Virus record (IMG/VR): IMGVR_UViG_3300027963_000035
Location: 62,001 to 126,000 of that record
Direction: 5' to 3' (one strand)
Length of the DNA: 64,000 nt
This document shows, piece after piece, positions 58,960 through 64,000 of this stretch (positions are counted from its first letter, which is position 1; every line of letters begins with the position of its first letter). Under the pieces are notes generated by a model, which made no database searches, was not told the DNA's origin, and saw only the letters and a list, made by a program, of their open reading frames with translations. The position numbers and the translations under genes were made by a program.

Positions 58960-59377
58960 TATCAGAGGTGCAATAAGGACATTTTTTCGCTTCAGGGTCT
59001 ATTTCTTTGCAACAATACTCACATTTTTTACCTTTTATGGGCTCTTCTTTTCTTTTTAATCTACCCAATCCCTTTTGACAAATTAAATACAAAATAAAAG
59101 AAATTAAAATAAAATCTACAAGCACACCTATCATTCTTCCCACTTCAAACTCAAGTCCGTTAAACGGAATGAATGCCCAGTTTCTCCATCCATCTCCTGT
59201 CTTTGAAACTAAAAACTTAAAAATAGGCATTAATAGATAGTCAGATATTCCATTTATAACTTTATTGAAAGAATTTCCAAGTATAACCCCAACAGCAAAC
59301 TTCATCATATCTTCACGAAATGCGAAGTCTCTATATTCCTTTATATTTTTACTATTGAGAAAATCTCTTTCATCCAT
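58925..59377 (-). CDS. mscL: Large-conductance mechanosensitive channel with C-terminal Zn ribbon
   Basis: FAFREDMMKFAVGVILGNSFNKVI....DYLLMP (TM1), G..IG.LVDFILISFILYL (TM2), CEYCCKEI...AKKCPYCTS; start moved to ATG 59377. Confidence 0.85.
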   Translation of the reverse strand: MDERDFLNSKNIKEYRDFAFREDMMKFAVGVILGNSFNKVINGISDYLLMPIFKFLVSKTGDGWRNWAFIPFNGLEFEVGRMIGVLVDFILISFILYLICQKGLGRLKRKEEPIKGKKCEYCCKEIDPEAKKCPYCTSDITLQTSIPQDH

Positions 59378-59395
59378 ACTACTATATATTAACAT

Positions 59396-59476
59396 ACAAC
59401 ATTGTTTGGTGTTCCGGGTATGGGAACAAAGGTGTTGACCTTGGCAGGAAAGCAGAAATGCTTTCCTGTTTTTTTT
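59396..59476 (+). ncRNA. Candidate small structured RNA (about 80 nt)
   Basis: Long hairpin CAACATT...TGTTCC-loop-GGAACA...GGTGTTG followed by a strong plus-strand terminator inside a divergent intergenic region; no RNA family recognised. Confidence 0.3.
59445..59476 (+). terminator. Intrinsic terminator
   Basis: Perfect 10-bp stem CAGGAAAGCA / TGCTTTCCTG, GAAA loop, then 8 T. Confidence 0.8.
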
Positions 59477-59489
59477 ACTATACTATGTT

Positions 59490-60428
59490 ATGAAAACCTT
59501 AATTTATTTAATTATATTCTTACTAACCTCCTCTAGTCTATTTGCTGAAGTCAAAGAAACAGGATTATCTTTTGATTATGGTGAAAGTAATCTCGCAGGG
59601 TTGTTTACAATGACTAATGAAAATGGTAGGCTGAAAAACCTTGAATTAATAGACGGAGTTTTTTCTGATGGTAAACTTGGGTTCAAATCAGAGAAATATC
59701 ATAACGTTAGTTCCACAGAGATATATAAAAAAATATCGGAGTTAACAGGCAAGTTGAGTGATAATGGAACTCTATTGCTTTACTTGAATAGTCACGGAGG
59801 AGGTAGTAATCAAAATTTTGCAATGACAGCTGCTGGAGGAAGTTTTAAATTTAGCAAAGCTTTAAAAGCAATAGCATCTGTGAAAAAAGTAAAGAGATTG
59901 GTTGTTCTTATAGATACATGCCATGCTGCAGGAGGGATACAAGAAGGATTTGATGTTAATGGTGAATTACTTAGAAATCTCCAGAGTGCAAAACCTGCAT
60001 CGGTACTTCCTGAACTTCCAAAAGAGTATAGGAGCAACACAAGACCATTTATTGGAATATTTGATATTCTGAAGAATAACGATGTAGACTATGGCGAGGA
60101 CAGCGGAGCATATGAAGAAGCTCTTATTATAAGCTCGTCTAGCGTAGAAGATTTATCCATAAGAGGTGTTTTTGCAAGTAGGCTAAAAACAACTTTCGAT
60201 AAAGTCAAAAATAACAGAGATGTAACAGTGGGACAATTTTTGAAAATGTTTGCAGATAGTCACTCTCAATCCGGACAACAACCATATTATAAAGTCGTAC
60301 CTGATAAAAGTATGTTAAATGAATTTTTATTCAGAAACTACCCAGCAGAAGAAATACCAATATATGACTATAAAACAAGAGAAAAAATCCCAGGTAAGGG
60401 AAATATTTTAATACCTAGTCAAGAATAG
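59490..60428 (+). CDS. Exported caspase-fold (clan CD, C14/C13-like) cysteine peptidase
   Basis: Signal peptide MKTLIYLIIFLLTSSSLFA; His-Gly in LLLYLNSHGG and Cys in VLIDTCHAAG; IISSS...S...G.F later. Confidence 0.75.
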   Translation: MKTLIYLIIFLLTSSSLFAEVKETGLSFDYGESNLAGLFTMTNENGRLKNLELIDGVFSDGKLGFKSEKYHNVSSTEIYKKISELTGKLSDNGTLLLYLNSHGGGSNQNFAMTAAGGSFKFSKALKAIASVKKVKRLVVLIDTCHAAGGIQEGFDVNGELLRNLQSAKPASVLPELPKEYRSNTRPFIGIFDILKNNDVDYGEDSGAYEEALIISSSSVEDLSIRGVFASRLKTTFDKVKNNRDVTVGQFLKMFADSHSQSGQQPYYKVVPDKSMLNEFLFRNYPAEEIPIYDYKTREKIPGKGNILIPSQE

Positions 60429-61058
60429 TTTAAAAACTTTTTTATATTTATTGTGCAGTTCTTTTTTTGTTCTGACGCTCTTGCATAACTCAGCATCCAT
60501 TTCTGTAGCCATATATGCTTGAATTTCATCTTTAATAACTTTGGGATTATATCCAAGGTCGGTTAAACATTTTTTCATTTTATTGAAATCTTTTTTACTT
60601 ATTGTGTTGGTTATATCGTCCATCTGATTTTTATAAGCCTCATCAGAATAATAAAATGCATGACAAAGCTCATGTCTAAATGTGACGCTGTTAAGTGATC
60701 TGATTCCTATAATATATCCTATTTCTTTTTTGTTTATACTTGATATTTTTCTTAGTATTTCATTCATTATCAAATCATATGGAGTCTCAACAACACTTTT
60801 TTTCTGACAGTCTACAGCGGTCTTTAAAGGTAAATTAAAACCAGACCAGTCAGAAGCATAGGTGAAACTGTCCCCGTGCTTTTTACTATACCATCTATAA
60901 TAATCAAAAATAGAGAATGCCTTGCCGGCGAACTCTTCATTTTTTGATTCATAATATTCTTGGACACGGCAGAATAAATTTGCTCTATCGTAATTATCTT
61001 TTATAATTACCGCAAAAATTCTTGGATATATTTGTTTTAAACTATATTCAATATTCAT
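60408..61058 (-). CDS. Hypothetical phage protein with HExxH motif
   Basis: FRHELCHAFY and later DEIQAY; LFCRVQEYYES...WSGFN.P N-terminal part. Confidence 0.6.
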   Translation of the reverse strand: MNIEYSLKQIYPRIFAVIIKDNYDRANLFCRVQEYYESKNEEFAGKAFSIFDYYRWYSKKHGDSFTYASDWSGFNLPLKTAVDCQKKSVVETPYDLIMNEILRKISSINKKEIGYIIGIRSLNSVTFRHELCHAFYYSDEAYKNQMDDITNTISKKDFNKMKKCLTDLGYNPKVIKDEIQAYMATEMDAELCKSVRTKKELHNKYKKVFKLFLTRY

Positions 61059-61094
61059 GAATATAATTCTATATGTTTATTGACAAACAGTCAA

Positions 61095-61298
61095 CTAGTA
61101 AAATATATTTCGGTATACAAACCAGAAGAATTGTATTATGGAGCATATTGCAGATATTACCATGATCATAGTAATTACCCCAATTGTGCATCCTCCTGCT
61201 ATTACAAATGATTTCTTCTTCTGATGATTTAAATACAAGTAAGAAAAAAGACAAGAAAAGAAAACTATTATCGGTAACGTGTAAATTAAATTATTCAT
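61095..61298 (-). CDS. Small membrane protein (two hydrophobic segments)
   Basis: 67 aa, two long hydrophobic stretches separated by KKK; co-oriented with neighbours. Confidence 0.45.
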   Translation of the reverse strand: MNNLIYTLPIIVFFSCLFSYLYLNHQKKKSFVIAGGCTIGVITMIMVISAICSIIQFFWFVYRNIFY

Positions 61299-61303
61299 AT
61301 AAA

Positions 61304-62536
61304 TTATGTATTATTTCTAAAATTAGAATATTCATCATCATTCATTCTGTCGCTTATTTCTTTTCCTTTTAAATGCATATAATCTTCTGATTTTGTGACT
61401 TGCTTATACATTAAAAAATATTTGATCTCTCTCTGTAGACCACTTATCTTACCAAATTCCATAAAAGATTTTTTAAGCTTGTCGCTTAAATTATCCCTCA
61501 TCCTTATCATTCTTATGATATTAGATTTATTTAAATCATAAGCTACTTTTAGAATAAACGCAACTGTGTCTGCTATTTCATTTGAATATTTTAATTCATT
61601 TAGTTTTGATCTTAATTTATTTGGATCATTATTTTTAAAAATTAGACTCATCACCGCAATTGGATCGTGAGAATCTATCTCTGAGCTTAAATCAACATTC
61701 AATCCGGGAAAAATTGTTGACAATAAATCTAACGCCTTATAGTTCATAATATAATTTTTAACATTCTTGCATTTACTCAACCCCGACAAAAATTCATTTG
61801 CAATTCTTTCTCCACTAACACCTTTTAAATCTTTGAATTTCTCAACTGCACTTATTGTTTTTTGATCTAAATGACTTGTAATAATGTCATCGTTGAATCT
61901 AGAGAAGAATCTAACAAGTCTCAACACTCTAAGTTTATCCTCTCTGAATCTTTCCTCGGGATCACCAACACTTCTAACAGAAAGATTCTTTATATCTTTG
62001 AATCCCTCGCCCTCTCCTTTGTGATCGAGGTTATAATCACGGATTTGCTTATCTTTTAAATCATAAAAGAGGGCGTTAATGTTGAGATCTCTGCGTTTTG
62101 CATCCAAACCCGGGCTGCTATATGAGACTTTATCGGGTCTTCTTCCATCTCCTTTTTCTGGATCGTAAAACTCGGTCCTGAATGTTGCTATTTCGAATTC
62201 TTTTCCATTTATAATGGCGCTTATTACACCAAAACTTTCTCCTTTTGGAAAAACTTTTATTCCATTCTCTACTGCTTCTTTAGAACTCAGTATTTTGATC
62301 ACCTGATCCGGTGTTTGATCCGTTGCCAGGTCAACATCTTTCGGATTATACGGAACATGCTTTTGATGAAATATGTGATACAAGTAATCTCTTATTGCGC
62401 CACCAACTGCGTATAATTTTGCTCCAAATTTTTTAAATATATCACTTAAAATGTCTACTTCTGATGGCATTGGTATGGAAGCACTCATTGCATGGTACTG
62501 TTCTTCCTCTTTTAGTAGCCAATTTTTGAATTTCAT
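61304..62536 (-). CDS. cca: CCA-adding tRNA nucleotidyltransferase (class II), catalytic motifs intact, no HD domain
   Basis: GGAIRD...KDVDLAT (DxD), FEIATFR, RRDLNINALFY, RFREDKLRVLRLVRF (EDxxR), VSGERI; start moved to MKFKNWLLKEE at 62536. CCA vs poly(A) specificity cannot be proven from sequence alone. Confidence 0.82.
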   Translation of the reverse strand: MKFKNWLLKEEEQYHAMSASIPMPSEVDILSDIFKKFGAKLYAVGGAIRDYLYHIFHQKHVPYNPKDVDLATDQTPDQVIKILSSKEAVENGIKVFPKGESFGVISAIINGKEFEIATFRTEFYDPEKGDGRRPDKVSYSSPGLDAKRRDLNINALFYDLKDKQIRDYNLDHKGEGEGFKDIKNLSVRSVGDPEERFREDKLRVLRLVRFFSRFNDDIITSHLDQKTISAVEKFKDLKGVSGERIANEFLSGLSKCKNVKNYIMNYKALDLLSTIFPGLNVDLSSEIDSHDPIAVMSLIFKNNDPNKLRSKLNELKYSNEIADTVAFILKVAYDLNKSNIIRMIRMRDNLSDKLKKSFMEFGKISGLQREIKYFLMYKQVTKSEDYMHLKGKEISDRMNDDEYSNFRNNT

Positions 62537-62687
62537 GTTATTTTTGCTCAACATTTGATGGTTTCCAATATATACTATGGAAATAGTAATAAAATTGATC
62601 AAAATCACTAAAATCAATTGAATATTAGCTTAAAATATACAAATATAAAAGTAAAATTGCTTTACATAGGCCAAAAAAGGATAAAAA

Positions 62688-63317
62688 ATGAAAATTTTCA
62701 AGAGCTTAGTCTTAATTTTGTTGATTTCTTGTGCAATTTTGTGTTTTTTAAATGAAAATCACACCAAACAGAGCAATATCAAGCAATCTTTTGAGGTAAA
62801 TAAGCCCTATCTTAGTGTTTTGAAGGATTTTTCAACAAAAAATTCACTAGAAAAAATAGTTGAGCAAAACAATGCTGTTCTACTGGACAAAAAATGGGAG
62901 TATTTAAATCTTGAAGTGGTGAGAATCCGCAAACCAAGACAATGGAACGTTGATGGAAGATTAATTTTTACTATTGAGACCAAGGATAGCGACTTGGGCA
63001 AACAAAAATTAAAGTTTTATCAAGATATTAATCTAAAAAACAACGTTATGATCATAAAAACTAGTCTAGTTTCACCTGGCAAGAACATAATTGTATGTGA
63101 AAGAACTATAAAATTCTTTGAAGAAGACCAAAAAGATAAAACCTTAGTTGAAATCGAGAGTAAACTCTTGGTAAAGAAAATGGTTCCAAAGTTTTTTATT
63201 AAGAATATGGATAAAAAAGTTGATGAAAACAATATGAAAGAAGTCGAGAACTTAAAGAATAATATTTTAGAAGCAACTAAAGGCCAAAATGCCATAATTA
63301 GCATACCAATCAATTGA
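62688..63317 (+). CDS. Hypothetical protein with N-terminal signal/membrane anchor
   Basis: MKIFKSLVLILLISCAILCFL; AAGGA SD upstream. Confidence 0.6.
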   Translation: MKIFKSLVLILLISCAILCFLNENHTKQSNIKQSFEVNKPYLSVLKDFSTKNSLEKIVEQNNAVLLDKKWEYLNLEVVRIRKPRQWNVDGRLIFTIETKDSDLGKQKLKFYQDINLKNNVMIIKTSLVSPGKNIIVCERTIKFFEEDQKDKTLVEIESKLLVKKMVPKFFIKNMDKKVDENNMKEVENLKNNILEATKGQNAIISIPIN

Positions 63318-63384
63318 ATATTCTCTAAAATATTACTATATAAGATTAAGCATCTTATACAATCAAAGCAAAATGAGGATAAAA

Positions 63385-64000
63385 ATGTCTTTTTTTCAAA
63401 ATTTATTTAATTCGGAATTCAGGGGAAACTGGACCTTAGACGATAAGAAATATTCACTAACGTTCACATGTCCTGCAAATAAAAATAGCTCTAATTTTCA
63501 ATCAACTTATAATGTTGGTCCATGGGATTTAGACGGTAAAGAAATTTTGACATTAAATTACGCATATGACACCGAATTTAGAAATTACTCAGCTCTTTCA
63601 ATTGATGTGTCGGGAACAAATTCATCGGCTACGACACCAAAAGAAATTTGTGATGCATTGAACTCAAATGTAACATTCTCAAGTATGTTTTATGCCAATG
63701 TGAATGGATCCGCTGTAGTTATTACTGCTAAACAAAACAGAAATACAAGAGAAATAAAGTTATGGATAAGCAATACCGGGGCTGAACAATTGTTGGGCTT
63801 TAATAAAAAGGCTGGGGTTTCTGAATTACCCTCTTATTTTGCAAGACACACAATCGAAAACAGATTTAATTTTCCTGATTCGGCTGGACAACTCGTTCTT
63901 CTTGATGAAAATGATTCGGCAGATCAAGATATCATAGAGAGTGCCGGATTCTCGCCTTCCGATATGAAACAAGACTGGGAATTGATAGCAGGCAGAGCAT
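63385..64000 (+). CDS. Hypothetical (probably structural) protein, partial, runs off the right edge; not in the ORF track
   Basis: GAGGA SD then ATG 63385; open to the end: MSFFQNLFNSEFRGNWTLDDKKYSLTF...TTPKEICDALN...AEQLLGF...DWELIAGRA. Confidence 0.7.
   Translation, partial: MSFFQNLFNSEFRGNWTLDDKKYSLTFTCPANKNSSNFQSTYNVGPWDLDGKEILTLNYAYDTEFRNYSALSIDVSGTNSSATTPKEICDALNSNVTFSSMFYANVNGSAVVITAKQNRNTREIKLWISNTGAEQLLGFNKKAGVSELPSYFARHTIENRFNFPDSAGQLVLLDENDSADQDIIESAGFSPSDMKQDWELIAGRA

Noticed and set aside
59396-59476. SRP RNA or tRNA-like element (contains CAGG and AGCAG)
   Set aside because: The SRP helix-8 layout (CAGG-stem-GNRA-stem-AGCAG) is absent and there is no T-loop/cloverleaf; kept only as an unclassified candidate.
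62555-62585. Hairpin promoter (TTTCCA/TGGAAA flanking the TATATA element upstream of cca)
   Set aside because: Only a 6-bp AT-rich stem and not seen around the other TATATA elements; likely chance.
1-64000. Stop-codon reassignment as in some large phages
   Set aside because: Code 11 already gives long, tightly packed ORFs on all three stop codons with no fragmented genes.
1-64000. tRNA genes as substrates for the CCA enzyme
   Set aside because: The few intergenic gaps over 60 nt show no cloverleaf or T-loop motif; any phage tRNAs must lie outside this window.

Overview
AT-rich, gene-dense 64-kb segment that reads as part of a large (jumbo) contractile-tailed bacteriophage genome with several T4-like traits; the standard genetic code gives long ORFs throughout. 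Left end: partial PD-(D/E)XK nuclease, DnaG-type primase and an actin-fold ATPase. 5.5-31.3 kb (minus strand): one long tail operon (tape measure, tube initiator, LysM/gp53-like, hub, gp5/VgrG-like spike, gp25, gp6/J-like, gp7/I-like, then YHYH- and PKD-domain proteins). 31-64 kb: strand-switching accessory region with many glycosyltransferases/methyltransferases, Thr-rich fibre proteins, a SNF2 ATPase, a gp2-like DNA end protector, a ferritin-like protein, MscL, an exported caspase-fold protease, and two class II CCA-type nucleotidyltransferases plus a stand-alone HD hydrolase. Best hunt results: (1) about ten unrelated proteins share a short N-terminal tag resembling the T4 capsid-targeting sequence, predicting a packaged and injected protein set; (2) that set includes an intact CCA-adding enzyme, a catalytically altered paralog and a CCA-type HD domain, i.e. 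a candidate virion-delivered tRNA 3'-end repair kit; (3) a candidate virion glycosylation system; (4) bidirectional TATATA promoter-like elements and a candidate small RNA. All family calls come from motif recognition by eye, with no database searches run. No tRNA, rRNA or CRISPR array was seen.
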